Of a DNA stretch of 64,000 nt, positions 6,933 to 16,692 are shown one piece after another. The notes below the pieces were generated by a model. The model had not been told where the DNA came from. It saw only the letters and a program-made list of their open reading frames with translations, and made no database searches. The stretch covers positions 1,343 to 65,342 of the forward strand of contig DASXED010000160.1 of assembly GCA_036490295.1 (NCBI GenBank). The letters are read 5' to 3'. Origin of the DNA: Verrucomicrobiia bacterium (lineage in GTDB: Bacteria > Verrucomicrobiota > Verrucomicrobiia > Limisphaerales > UBA11358). Position 1 is the stretch's first letter; each line of letters begins with the position of its first letter. Both the position numbers and the translations under genes were made by a program.

Positions 6933-8975
6933 TCAACGCACCGGCGGCGTGACGACTGTGAATATCATGTCTCCGGCATTTCCGTTCATCCGCCGGCCAC
7001 CGTCATCTTTCAGGTTGGGGCCGATGCTGTAAAGCACATAGCCGGCGTCCTGCTTCCGATAACGCAACGGACGACCATCAAACGGATCCAGAAAAGTTGC
7101 CGCCAGATAATTCGGGGTCAATTCGGACAGGGCGGCGGGATATTTATCGTGCGCCGCGCGGAATTGCTCCAACGCCACGGCGGTCAATGCCAGGCGAAGA
7201 TTGGCAAGACTGCCTGCTTCCCTGCCGGAAAAACCGCCGAAACCGTTCCAATACAATCCGCCGAACAGCAATCCCCGGCTGGTGTCCCTTGCCGCTTGAC
7301 GCCGGAGTAATTTGTCGGCGCTCAAACGATCAGGAAAAGTTTCTTCCCGCGCGGACAAAAATTGCCGGAAGGTGGTTTCAAAATCGTTCAGCTCTTTCTT
7401 CAAGTTGCCGGGTTGTTTTATTTCTTCAATCATCCGGCGGCATTGGGCGGCGGTCATGCCCGATGCCGGCAACGTGTTCAAATACCGGACGATCTGGTCT
7501 GGATTTTTCAACAAGTCCAACTGCGCCGCCCGTTCCCCTGTCATGGCGCGGTTGAACCCTTCGCCGCGTGCATCGTAATCTTCCATGCTTTGCAATGCCT
7601 TCGAAAGTTCGCGCAACGATTCCGATGTCAAGGTGGTGCGGTTCATTGCCTGGTTCAATCCGTCCACGGCAATGGAAACGCCCGCCACGCGCACCAATTG
7701 GGAAATCACTATCGGCTCGGCTTTCAGCGATCGCGCCAGCGCCAAAGTCAGCAGCACATCATCAGCCGCCGATTTCCCATCGTTGTTCTCCGCATCCAAA
7801 ATGGACGCCATCTCCGCCATCTGCATCCCACGTTTGATCCCCAGAAGATGAGGCAGCAGGAGGTCAAAACCCTGCGCGAGATCCATCGGATAACGGCTTT
7901 GCTCGTATTGCGCCCCTTGAGTAAAAAATTGCAGCGCATCGCGGTTGCGTTGCACAAAGGCCGTCAGCGTGGATTTCAAAGGTGGCGGCAATGGAACGTC
8001 CGACGCCTGCGCCAATCTTCCCAGAAGCGGCAGGTTGACGATTTGGTCTGCGTCGCCAATTTGCAACGCCTTGATGCCCTGCAAATTGAATGTGGCGGCG
8101 TTTTGCCCGGCGGGCGGTTCCACATACCATGCGTTCAGCTCCGCAGACGTTTGGGGAAGCGCGTTGATCAAATGATTCATGCGCGTCGAATGAACTTCCT
8201 TGGTCACGACGATGCTTGTGCCTGTGGTAAGAATCAACGCCGCGCCTACGACGGCGGCGGTTTGTGCTTTTGTCCATGCCATAATTTTCAATGCTCCTTT
8301 GATGAGGGTTAAAGTTGAACCGCCAGCCACCGCGCCTTTGGCAATCGCTGCGGCGGCCACGGATTTTGCCAGCGTCGCCGGTGCGGCCTGGACGGAATTC
8401 GCGGAAATCGCCCCGGCAATGATCGCCGCCGTCGAACTCACGCCGCGTTTGGAAAAATATGTCCGCAGCTTTTCCAGCGCGCGGTTCACGCGCATTTTCG
8501 CCGCGTCCTCGCTCGCGCCCAGCGCCACGCCGATTTCATCCAGGCTTTTGCCCTGGAAAAACCGCAGCACGATGGCGTGCCGGTCTTTTTCATTCAGCCC
8601 GGCGATGGCCGCGTCCAGCAGCGGGGCGATTTGCTTCCATGCTTCATTTTCGGGTTCGTTCAAGGTGGATTGCATAAATGCCTCCTGTTCGCGTTGTTCT
8701 CGGCGACGCCGGCTTTTCATGGCATCGGCGGCGGCAAAACCGGCGGTGCGATGCAGCCAGCTTGGGATGATTGTGTCCGGGCCGAAAGTTTTCGCCTTGC
8801 GCGCGAGTGTGATGAAAACCGCCTGCGTGATTTCTTCCGCCAGATGCGGATCGCGCGCCTGCCGCAACGCCGCCGAATAGACGAGGTTGACGTGACGCCC
8901 GACCAGCGTTTCAAACGCCTGTTCGGACTGGCGCCCGGCGTAATCCCGGATCAATGCCATGTCGTCATTCATCAT
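6933..8975 (-). CDS. ECF-type sigma-70 family factor fused to a transmembrane segment and a ~420-aa extracytoplasmic domain
   Basis: Residues 1-185 contain sigma region 2 ([41 protein letters not shown]) and region 4 ([45 protein letters not shown]). A hydrophobic stretch follows ([10 protein letters not shown]...[24 protein letters not shown]), then a long helical domain. The protein ends [32 protein letters not shown], which resembles the conserved C-terminal motif of GspG-type pseudopilins. Confidence 0.85.
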   Translation of the reverse strand: MMNDDMALIRDYAGRQSEQAFETLVGRHVNLVYSAALRQARDPHLAEEITQAVFITLARKAKTFGPDTIIPSWLHRTAGFAAADAMKSRRRREQREQEAFMQSTLNEPENEAWKQIAPLLDAAIAGLNEKDRHAIVLRFFQGKSLDEIGVALGASEDAAKMRVNRALEKLRTYFSKRGVSSTAAIIAGAISANSVQAAPATLAKSVAAAAIAKGAVAGGSTLTLIKGALKIMAWTKAQTAAVVGAALILTTGTSIVVTKEVHSTRMNHLINALPQTSAELNAWYVEPPAGQNAATFNLQGIKALQIGDADQIVNLPLLGRLAQASDVPLPPPLKSTLTAFVQRNRDALQFFTQGAQYEQSRYPMDLAQGFDLLLPHLLGIKRGMQMAEMASILDAENNDGKSAADDVLLTLALARSLKAEPIVISQLVRVAGVSIAVDGLNQAMNRTTLTSESLRELSKALQSMEDYDARGEGFNRAMTGERAAQLDLLKNPDQIVRYLNTLPASGMTAAQCRRMIEEIKQPGNLKKELNDFETTFRQFLSAREETFPDRLSADKLLRRQAARDTSRGLLFGGLYWNGFGGFSGREAGSLANLRLALTAVALEQFRAAHDKYPAALSELTPNYLAATFLDPFDGRPLRYRKQDAGYVLYSIGPNLKDDGGRRMNGNAGDMIFTVVTPPVR

Positions 8976-9110
8976 TCACCCAATACATGGACGCCAAACC
9001 GAAAAGGGAACAGTCTTTTTTTTCGCCAGCCAAGAATGAAAACCATGTTCCGGAGAAAATGGGCAAGAATTTAACTGCTCCGCCTGTGCATAAATTTCTT
9101 CGATTTATGA

Positions 9111-12100
9111 TTGACCGCAGTTGCGGCGTATGACGAAATGATAAACCTAAATCTTTTCATGCCGAAAGTCGCAATCAGAAACGCACACGGCCCGAGGACG
9201 GGCGGGACGAAATACGACGCGCACCACAAGGTGCTGTCGCAAACCTATGGCGCGTTCGCGGACTTGCGCCGCGAACTTTCCGACTCCAAGGAAACCGTCG
9301 GCGGTCGCGAGGAGATTTTGAAAAATTTTGCGGCCTGTCCCGACTCGCAACGCTCATGGCTTCTGCTTGAAGATTATTTTGAAAAACTCCTGCTCTCGCG
9401 CAAAGATTTTCCCGACACGAATTGGTGGCCGAAATTGCTGAACGCAACCGGCAAGACGCGATTGGAAGAACTGGCATTTTTATTTCTGCGCGCGAAACGT
9501 TCCGTGCCGCCGGAATTGCAAGCGCACGCGAGCCTCGACCGTTTTGCCAAAGCCGAGGAAGCCGAGCAGGAAGTTAAATTGGTCCAAGAATTGGAAAACT
9601 GGCTCTCGCCGCCCGCGATGCCGCTGCTCGACACGCCGCGCGCCACGTTGCGCGTCGTCTGCAAGGTAAAACCCGACGACGAAGAGCCGTCGCGACATCG
9701 CCTCGCCGTGCAATTTCTTTTGTCGCGCCCGCGCACGGGCGAGAAGGCGCGCACGCTGCGCGAGATGATTGATCTCGTCGTCCGCGCGACGCACGAGCAG
9801 GAACTTTTTCCGCCGCACGACTGGGAATTCATCCAGTGGATTGCCGACACGCACCGCAACCGGCAGGACGGCAGCGACACCTTGACTTTGTCCGACGGCG
9901 AATTGCTGCAATGGCTCGCGCGCTGGGGCAACACAAATCGTCTGGAATTTTCCGACAACGGTCAGCCGCTGCAATTTCACGGGCAGATCATTTCGCTCGC
10001 GCCGCACCTTGAAAATGGCGACAAGGAACTTTCGTTCACACACCGCTTCAATCTGCCTGGCGGCGAAAATCATTCCGTCGCCGCCGCGAAATTTTTCAAC
10101 CACCAGCCGCCACTCGCGCTCGTTGGAAATTCTTTTTTCCTTTTGCGAAACGCGCCGCCGTCGCGCGTGCTGAAATATCTCGCGCATAAACCGTCCGTGC
10201 CCGTCCGCAAATTGAGCCATCGTTTGCTTTTGCATCTTCGCAAGACGCAATCGAATCACGGCGTGGATTGGGAACAGCTTTGCGTCACGCACAAAGCCGC
10301 GCCGCAGTTTGTTTTTGAATTGCTCGACGACACAGTTCGCCTGCGCCTGTTGGCCAAGAGTGAGCGCGACCAAAGCATTTGGTTTTGGAACGGAAATGAA
10401 TGGCAGCGCGACGGAAAAAATGGTGGAGCGGGCATCTTGCCTGCTCGTTCGGAAAAAAATTTAGAAACACGCAGGCAAGATGCCAGCGCCACTAAACCTG
10501 AGCTTCTCGACGATGCGCGCCTCGAACCGGCGACTCAATGGCTTCGTAAACTGGACTGGTTCACGCCCGAACCCGGCTTGTGGATCGGCGATGCGAACGA
10601 AAATTTTCTCGGCTCGCTCGCCGAAGCGTGGGCGTTACGACCAGCGGATTCGGAATTTCTCGGCAACGGCGCGTTTCATCGTTTGTTCCTCACGCCGCGC
10701 ACGCTCAAGCCGAAATTGATTGTCAAAGGCAGCGGCATTGACTGGCTTTCCGTTTCCGCCGAATGGGAGCAGGAAGGTTTGAAATTGAGCAAGGCGGATT
10801 TGGAACGGCTCGCGAGCGCGACGGGACGATTTGTGAAATTGCCGAACTCCGGCTGGGTCGAACTCGACACCGCCGCCGTGCAGGGCGCGCACGAAGCGAT
10901 GGCCGACATGGGCGTGGAAGGTTTGATCGCCGTGCCGCAAAAAGTCGGACTCGAAAATGTCGCGCATCTGGATGACGACGAATTTTCGCGATTTGCGGAA
11001 ACGCCCGAAGCGAAGGAATTGCGAAAGCGCGTTTCCGAATTCAAGGGCGTTCCCAGCATCGGTCTGCCGAAAATGTTGCAGGCCGAGTTGCGCCCGTATC
11101 AAAAGGAAGGCTTCGATTTTCTCGCGCATCTTGTCCGCATCAAGCTTGGCGGAATTCTCGCAGACGACATGGGGCTTGGAAAAACGCTGCAGACTTTGAC
11201 GTGGCTCGCGTGGTTGCAGGAACAGAACAAAAAAAATCACAAGCCGTCGCTCGTGATTTGTCCGGCGTCCGTTTTGCATAACTGGCGGCGCGAGGCGGAA
11301 AAATTCACGCCCAATTTGAAAGTGCTCGTGCTGGAAAGCGGCGCGGCGCGGCACAATTTACGGAAACAAATTCCGCAGCATGATTTGATCGTCACAAATT
11401 ATGCGTTGTTGCGGCGCGACTTGGAGGAGTTCCATAAATTTTCCTTCCGCGCGGTGATTTTGGACGAGGCGCAGTTCATCAAAAATCCCGGCGCGCAAGT
11501 CACACAATCGGTCAAGCAGTTGAAATGCGAACACAAGATGGCGCTCACCGGCACGCCGCTGGAAAACCGGCTGCTCGATTTGTGGAGCATCGTGGATTTC
11601 ATCCAGCCCGGCTATCTCGGCACGCAGGAACAATTTTTGGAGAACTACGAACCGCGCGGCGAAAATGCCGAATCAGAACAGAGAATTGCGCGTCGTCGTT
11701 TGTCCGCGAAATTGCGACCACTGCTGTTGCGGCGTTTGAAAAAACACGTTGCGAAAGATTTGCCGGATCGAATCGAAGAGCGACGCGATTGTCCACTCGG
11801 CGACGAACAGCGGAAATTATATCTCGCCGAATTGCGCCGCAGTCGCGACCAAGTGATGAAAGCCGTCGAGACGCAAGGTTTGAACAAAAGCAAAATGCAC
11901 GTCCTCGCCGCGCTCACGCGGTTGCGGCAGGTTTGCTGCCATCCATCGCTCGTCGGCAGCGACACTGCCAGCGGCAAAACCGACACGCTTTTTGAACTGC
12001 TCGACCCGCTCATCGCCGACGGACAAAAAGTTTTGGTTTTCTCGCAGTTCGTCCAAATGTTGCAACTGCTCGAAAAAGATTGCGCGGCGCGAAACATCCA

Positions 12101-12479
12101 CACGCATATGCTCACCGGCCAGACGAAAGACCGTCAACAAGTGGTCAACGATTTTCAAAAAGAAACCGGCGCATGTGTTTTCCTTTTAAGTTTGCGCGCG
12201 GCGGGAACGGGATTGAATTTGACCAACGCGAGTTATGTCGTGCTTTACGATCCATGGTGGAATCCGGCGGTCGAAGCGCAGGCGATTGACCGCTCGCATC
12301 GAATTGGACAAACACAAACTGTCAATGCCTACCGCCTAATCGCGCCCGGCACGGTCGAGGAAAAAATCTGGGAACTCCAACAGAGCAAGGCGCAAACCAT
12401 CGCCGACGTTCTCGGCGAAGAAGGTTTCGCGCGCAGCCTCACGTCGGTGGATTTGGAATATCTGTTTTCAGAAGAGTAG
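9111..12479 (+). CDS. SNF2/RapA-family DNA-dependent ATPase (helicase superfamily 2) with a ~640-aa uncharacterised N-terminal region
   Basis: SNF2_N motifs are LRPYQKEGFDFL, ILADDMGLGKTLQT and VILDEAQFIKNPG. The helicase C motif is LLSLRAAGTGLNLTNASYVVLYDPWWNPAVEAQAIDRSHRIGQ. The start is uncertain: TTG 9111 or ATG 9138. Confidence 0.9.
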   Translation: MTAVAAYDEMINLNLFMPKVAIRNAHGPRTGGTKYDAHHKVLSQTYGAFADLRRELSDSKETVGGREEILKNFAACPDSQRSWLLLEDYFEKLLLSRKDFPDTNWWPKLLNATGKTRLEELAFLFLRAKRSVPPELQAHASLDRFAKAEEAEQEVKLVQELENWLSPPAMPLLDTPRATLRVVCKVKPDDEEPSRHRLAVQFLLSRPRTGEKARTLREMIDLVVRATHEQELFPPHDWEFIQWIADTHRNRQDGSDTLTLSDGELLQWLARWGNTNRLEFSDNGQPLQFHGQIISLAPHLENGDKELSFTHRFNLPGGENHSVAAAKFFNHQPPLALVGNSFFLLRNAPPSRVLKYLAHKPSVPVRKLSHRLLLHLRKTQSNHGVDWEQLCVTHKAAPQFVFELLDDTVRLRLLAKSERDQSIWFWNGNEWQRDGKNGGAGILPARSEKNLETRRQDASATKPELLDDARLEPATQWLRKLDWFTPEPGLWIGDANENFLGSLAEAWALRPADSEFLGNGAFHRLFLTPRTLKPKLIVKGSGIDWLSVSAEWEQEGLKLSKADLERLASATGRFVKLPNSGWVELDTAAVQGAHEAMADMGVEGLIAVPQKVGLENVAHLDDDEFSRFAETPEAKELRKRVSEFKGVPSIGLPKMLQAELRPYQKEGFDFLAHLVRIKLGGILADDMGLGKTLQTLTWLAWLQEQNKKNHKPSLVICPASVLHNWRREAEKFTPNLKVLVLESGAARHNLRKQIPQHDLIVTNYALLRRDLEEFHKFSFRAVILDEAQFIKNPGAQVTQSVKQLKCEHKMALTGTPLENRLLDLWSIVDFIQPGYLGTQEQFLENYEPRGENAESEQRIARRRLSAKLRPLLLRRLKKHVAKDLPDRIEERRDCPLGDEQRKLYLAELRRSRDQVMKAVETQGLNKSKMHVLAALTRLRQVCCHPSLVGSDTASGKTDTLFELLDPLIADGQKVLVFSQFVQMLQLLEKDCAARNIHTHMLTGQTKDRQQVVNDFQKETGACVFLLSLRAAGTGLNLTNASYVVLYDPWWNPAVEAQAIDRSHRIGQTQTVNAYRLIAPGTVEEKIWELQQSKAQTIADVLGEEGFARSLTSVDLEYLFSEE

Positions 12480-12625
12480 TCCTTGAATTTGTTTTCGGAA
12501 AATTTGGGGCGGTGGCACGCCGTCGCGCGACGCAAGGCGGATTCAAAGAGGATTAAGGATTATCGCCAACTTTCGACGGCGGCATTTGCGCGCAACTTTT
12601 TTTGTTTTCGTAATGCTTCAAATTT

Positions 12626-12672
12626 AATTGCAACCTGCAACTTGTTTTTTTTGGAGTTTGCACGTTGCAATT
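12626..12672. promoter_or_regulatory. Candidate enhancer (UAS): two ~16-bp sites in inverted orientation
   Basis: AATTGCAACCTGCAAC (12626..12641) pairs with the reverse complement of 12655..12672, which reads AATTGCAACGTGCAAACT. The 14-nt core TTGCAAC-TGCAA matches except for the single central base (C versus G). The pair is centred about 90 bp upstream of the sigma-54-type element. Confidence 0.3.
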
Positions 12673-12723
12673 TTGAACGCCGGTTGTTTTTTTGTTTTCC
12701 CGCATTTTCAGGCATTTCAGAGG

Positions 12724-12739
12724 CGGCACGTTCATTGCT
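12724..12739 (+). promoter_or_regulatory. Sigma-54 (-24/-12) type promoter candidate for the DUF892 gene
   Basis: cGGCACGttcaTTGCT compared with the consensus TGGCACG-N4-TTGCW. GG is at 12725-12726 and GC at 12737-12738 with correct 12-nt register, about 88 nt upstream of ATG 12827. Confidence 0.45.
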
Positions 12740-12826
12740 CAAAGGTTTCGCTGGTTTGATCTGACACTCCAAGGAGCGCGTCAGTTTGCAAAAAAAAGAG
12801 CAACTAAACATTTAACTGAAAAAATT

Positions 12827-13342
12827 ATGAACACGCTTGAAGACCTTTTTTTAGATTCGTTGGCGGATATGTATTACGCCGAAAACCAACTCGTCAAGGC
12901 GCTGCCCAAAATGGCCAGGGCCGCGACCCACGAAGATTTGCGCGCCGCGTTTGAAATGCATCTCACGGAAACCGAAGGCCACGTTCGGAAATTGGAGGAA
13001 GTTTTTTCGGCTTTCGGCAAAACGCCCAAAAGCAAAAAATGCCCCGCCATTTTGGGCATCATCAAGGAGGCGGATGAAATCGCGTCGGAAAATAAAAAAT
13101 CGCCGACGATCAACGCCGCGCTCATTTTTGCCGGGCAAAAGGCGGAGCATTATGAAATCGCCTCGTATGGCGGTTTGCGCGACTGGGCGAAACTGCTCGG
13201 CAATGAGGACGCTGCGGACATCCTGGATGAAATTCTGGACGAGGAAAAGGCGGCGGACGCCAAGTTGAGCGAACTGGCCGAAGAACGATGTAATGAGTCG
13301 GCGAACGGCGGAGAAGTTGAAGAATTGAAAAAGGCGGCCTGA
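12827..13342 (+). CDS. DUF892 (YciE/YciF-like) ferritin-like stress protein
   Basis: MNTLEDLFLDSLADMYYAENQLVKALPKMA...HLTETEGHVRKLEEVF...AEHYEIASYGGL...LDEEKAADAKLSELAE is the typical DUF892 four-helix pattern. Start moved to ATG 12827; the track TTG 12692 would add an implausible leader. Confidence 0.85.
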   Translation: MNTLEDLFLDSLADMYYAENQLVKALPKMARAATHEDLRAAFEMHLTETEGHVRKLEEVFSAFGKTPKSKKCPAILGIIKEADEIASENKKSPTINAALIFAGQKAEHYEIASYGGLRDWAKLLGNEDAADILDEILDEEKAADAKLSELAEERCNESANGGEVEELKKAA

Positions 13343-13419
13343 CCCCGCGCGTTTGCAGCATGATGAATTTGAATTAAACAATCTCACCGGCGCTTGCAAC
13401 GGCGCCAGCATCCCCAAGA

Positions 13420-13449
13420 GCCGGATCTGCCTGTGATCCGGCTTTTTTA
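13420..13449 (+). terminator. Rho-independent terminator
   Basis: GCCGGATC-tgcctgt-GATCCGGC followed by TTTTTTA. Confidence 0.7.
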
Positions 13450-13534
13450 TTTGAATTGAAAAAATAATTTCCGCGCAAATTGCGACCGCATAAATTTTTC
13501 ATCTGGCATTCCATCTGCTGAAAATCGCTGCGAC

Positions 13535-14830
13535 ATGAAAAAAAGAGTTGTTGTCATCGGCGGTGGAGTGTCGGGATTAAGCGCGGCCAGTTCCCTGGTT
13601 CGCATGGGATGCAAAGTGATTTTGCTCGAGGCGAAGAATCATTTCGGTGGACGCATCCACACCGTCAAGATCGGCAAGCTGCCTGTCGAACTGGGCGCGG
13701 AATTTCTTCACGGTGAAAGCCAGACCATCACCAACGCGATCCTGGCGGCGGGACTTTCCACTCATGCCATCGCGGAGAATTACCAGATTTTCCAGCAGGG
13801 ACAATTCAAACACATGAACTTTCTGGATAAGATGAGCAAAATCATCCATCGGGTGGACATCCACCGGCGCGATTGCAGCTTTGAGGAGTTTCTCGACATC
13901 CAAAACCTGAACATCGCCGACCGCGAGCAGGCCGTCGGCTTCGTGGAAGGCTATCACGCCGCGCAACCGCGCCACATCAGCGCGCATTCATTGCGACGCG
14001 GTGAATCCGCCGCCGAACGTATGCCGAGCACGAAGCAAAGCCGCATCAACGAAGGCTACGGCGCGCTCGTTGATTTTCTCGAACGGGAAATCCAGACGCA
14101 CGGCGGCAAGCTCCTCACCAATGCGTTTGTCGAAAAGGTCCGCTGGCAACCCGGCCGGGTGGAAGTTGCGTTCCGTCACGAGGATCGCAAAATTTCGACC
14201 GAAGCCGACGCCGCCGTCATCACGCTGCCGCTCGGCGTGCTGAAAGCCGGCGCGGTGGAATTTCAACCGCCGCTCGATGACAAACGCGAAGCCATCGAAC
14301 AACTGCGCTTTGGCAACGTCATTAAAGTCATTTTTGAATTCAGCGGACGCTGGTGGCCGGAATTCGGTTTCATCGTCGCGCCCGACGAAGTTTTTCCAAC
14401 GTGGTGGACCGACCCGCGCGGACCAGTCCTGACCGGCTGGGCGGGCGGCCCGAAAGCCGACCTGCTGCTCAAGTATTCCCCGGCGCAACTGGAACAATTC
14501 GGCCTGAAAACCGTTGCCCTGCTTTTTCCCGGACGCGCCGGGAAAATTCAGGAGCGATTTGTTTCCGCGCACACTTTCAATTGGACGGACGATCCCTGCA
14601 CGCGCGGCGCATACAGTTATCTGCCCGTCAACGGACTCGACCTGCCAAAATCGCTGGGCGCGCCCGTTGCCGGCACGTTGTTCTTTGCCGGCGAGGCGAC
14701 CGTGACCGATGCGCAGACGGGCACGGTTTTCAGCGCGTTTGAAACCGGCCTGCGCGCCGGACGCGAACTGCTCGCCACGATTGCCGACACTTCGCCTCTG
14801 GCCGTTCTTCCCCCGCAAAAAGTAAGCTGA
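13535..14830 (+). CDS. FAD-dependent amine oxidase family protein (polyamine/monoamine oxidase-like)
   Basis: Dinucleotide fold VVVIGGGVSGLSAASSL..VILLEAKNHFGGRI, LGAEFLHG, and a C-terminal FAD motif LFFAGEAT. The length is typical at 431 aa. Confidence 0.85.
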   Translation: MKKRVVVIGGGVSGLSAASSLVRMGCKVILLEAKNHFGGRIHTVKIGKLPVELGAEFLHGESQTITNAILAAGLSTHAIAENYQIFQQGQFKHMNFLDKMSKIIHRVDIHRRDCSFEEFLDIQNLNIADREQAVGFVEGYHAAQPRHISAHSLRRGESAAERMPSTKQSRINEGYGALVDFLEREIQTHGGKLLTNAFVEKVRWQPGRVEVAFRHEDRKISTEADAAVITLPLGVLKAGAVEFQPPLDDKREAIEQLRFGNVIKVIFEFSGRWWPEFGFIVAPDEVFPTWWTDPRGPVLTGWAGGPKADLLLKYSPAQLEQFGLKTVALLFPGRAGKIQERFVSAHTFNWTDDPCTRGAYSYLPVNGLDLPKSLGAPVAGTLFFAGEATVTDAQTGTVFSAFETGLRAGRELLATIADTSPLAVLPPQKVS

Positions 14831-15010
14831 TCCAATCCCGTTGTTCAGGCCGCAAGTTGAACGGCGGAAGTGATTTCCAAAAACCAACCGGAATGACCCC
14901 GATTGTTGGTCAAAAAAATAAAAATTTTGGTGGAATTTTATTCGTATTGGGCGAGATTAAGACACAAGCGTTAATTTCACCCGTCAAGAAAATTTACAGT
15001 TGCATTAATT

Positions 15011-16093
15011 ATGGAAAATATCAGGCAAGCCGTTGGGTTGTTTCAACAGGCGTTAAATAAAAGTTTGTTGTTTGCGTGTTTTTTGGCTTTTCCGGCGGCT
15101 GGCGTGGCTGCTTCGGAAATGCCGGCCATCAAGCCATTGGTCGTGACGCTGCAATCCGGCGTGACGTGCGCCGAAATCCAAAAGGCGCTGGACGATTTGC
15201 CCGCAAGCGGCGGCGAAGTGATGTTGCCGGCTGAAAAAATAGAAATTAACAATCCCATCGTTTTGCGGCGCGATTATGAAACATTGAGCGGCGCTGGCGC
15301 TTCCACAATTTTATTTCTGGCGGACAATGCCAACTGCCCGGTCATCATCATGGGCGAGCCGGTCAATGATCCAAAACAGACCGTCAAACATCTGCGCGTT
15401 GGCGGTCTTTTCATTGATGGAAACCGTTTGCATCAACAGCGCGAACTCTGGCGGCTTCAGGGTGAAGGCTCGGAGATTCGCAACAACGGAATCACTGTCC
15501 AAGACGTGAGCGATTCAACCATTGAACAAGTGACCTGCGCCCACTGCCGTTCGGGCGGCCTGGTCACGACGCTCGGCGTGCGGCGGCTGACCGTGCGCGA
15601 TTTGACGGCGTTCGGCAATCAGTTTGACGGCCTCGCCTGTTATCTCACGCAGGATTCCACGTTTGCGAAACTTTTTTTGCACGACAATCCCGGCGCGGGC
15701 ATCTCGCTTGATCTGGATTTCAACCACAATGTCATCGAGGACGCCAGCCTTGACGCGAATGATCTGGGCATCTTCATGCGTGACAGTTGTGACAATCAAT
15801 TTCACAACATTTCCGTCCGCGACAGCCATGACTACGGTGTTTTCATGGCGCAAGCAGTGGAACGAACCGCCGGCGGCTGGCAACCCACGTCCCAAACCAG
15901 ATGCACAAACAATTCCTTCACCGGCTTCATGGCCGACAAATGCGGAAGCGCGGCCTTTCGAATCAATGACACCGCCTGCACCAACAATGTCCTCGTCGGC
16001 GCGCAATTTATTGGCGACACCCATGGCGAACTTTCACTGGTCCAGCCAAATTTGTTGACGGTGCGGCAATCTCCATCTTTGGCCGGCAATTAG
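15011..16093 (+). CDS. Secreted right-handed parallel beta-helix repeat protein (pectate-lyase-fold; function unknown)
   Basis: Signal-like N-terminus (LLFACFLAFPAAGVAASE). Repeated ~22-aa beta-helix turns follow (NNGITVQDVSDSTIEQV, LTVRDLTAFGNQFDGLACY, NVIEDASLDANDLGIFM, NQFHNISVRDSHDYGVFM). Confidence 0.65.
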   Translation: MENIRQAVGLFQQALNKSLLFACFLAFPAAGVAASEMPAIKPLVVTLQSGVTCAEIQKALDDLPASGGEVMLPAEKIEINNPIVLRRDYETLSGAGASTILFLADNANCPVIIMGEPVNDPKQTVKHLRVGGLFIDGNRLHQQRELWRLQGEGSEIRNNGITVQDVSDSTIEQVTCAHCRSGGLVTTLGVRRLTVRDLTAFGNQFDGLACYLTQDSTFAKLFLHDNPGAGISLDLDFNHNVIEDASLDANDLGIFMRDSCDNQFHNISVRDSHDYGVFMAQAVERTAGGWQPTSQTRCTNNSFTGFMADKCGSAAFRINDTACTNNVLVGAQFIGDTHGELSLVQPNLLTVRQSPSLAGN

Positions 16094-16132
16094 AGATGCA
16101 AACGAGCCTGCCAAAAGCCGGCAAAGGCGCAT

Positions 16133-16324
16133 TTAAGGAGAAACGAGAAATGAAAATTGATTGTTCGCGCCGGACACGGACGTCAAGATCACCGTGCTGC
16201 CATTGGCGGTGTTGAAAGACGTTTCATTTGAAAAAACACTTTCGTCGCCCGCGTCATCATAAGTCGTCGCCGCAAAATAATACGTAGCTCCATCGGCCAG
16301 ACCGGGGACAACAAAACTGGTCAC
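16133..16324 (-). pseudogene. Isolated fibronectin-type-III domain fragment
   Basis: VPGLADGATYYFAATTYDDAGDESVFSNETS is the canonical C-terminal half of an FN3 domain. There is no upstream coding context and no signal peptide. Confidence 0.35.
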
Positions 16325-16603
16325 GTTGCGTCACTGTTAAATCGCTTGTTGATCTTGCGGACAGAGGCGAAGCCTTGCAACAAAAAAGACTTAGCCTTGA
16401 GCGAACGGCGAATGAGCTTGCCCTGGCGCGCACTCGCGCGAATAATATGCCCGATGAAACGTAACGGATTAAATTTGGCATTGGCGTTTTTTTGCCAAAC
16501 CTTTTTTTAATCCTGTTTTACCGCCTTTCACAAGAATAGTGTCATATTACAGTATCAGATTAAACGCGACGGCTAATTTGCACTGACTTTTAACAAATAA
16601 AAT

Positions 16604-16692
16604 GGAGAGATGGCAGAGTGGTTTAACGCGCACGCCTGGAAAGCGTGAATACTCAAAAGGTATCGGGGGTTCGAATCCCCCTCTCTCCGCCA
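16604..16692 (+). tRNA. tRNA-Ser (GGA)
   Basis: Acceptor GGAGAGA/TCTCTCC, anticodon arm CACGC-CTGGAAA-GCGTG, long variable arm, T arm GGGGG-TTCGAAT-CCCCC, discriminator G and an encoded CCA. Confidence 0.9.

Noticed and set aside
9030-9053. GGAAC (minus strand) upstream of the ECF sigma gene as a possible autoregulated ECF promoter -35
   Set aside because: No CGT-type -10 element lies 16-17 nt downstream, so there is not enough to call a promoter.
12511-12530. Second TGGCACG motif (ggTGGCACGccgtCGCGc) downstream of the SNF2 gene
   Set aside because: The -12 region reads CGCG instead of TTGC. It lies about 300 nt from the next start codon, and the better site at 12725 explains the locus.
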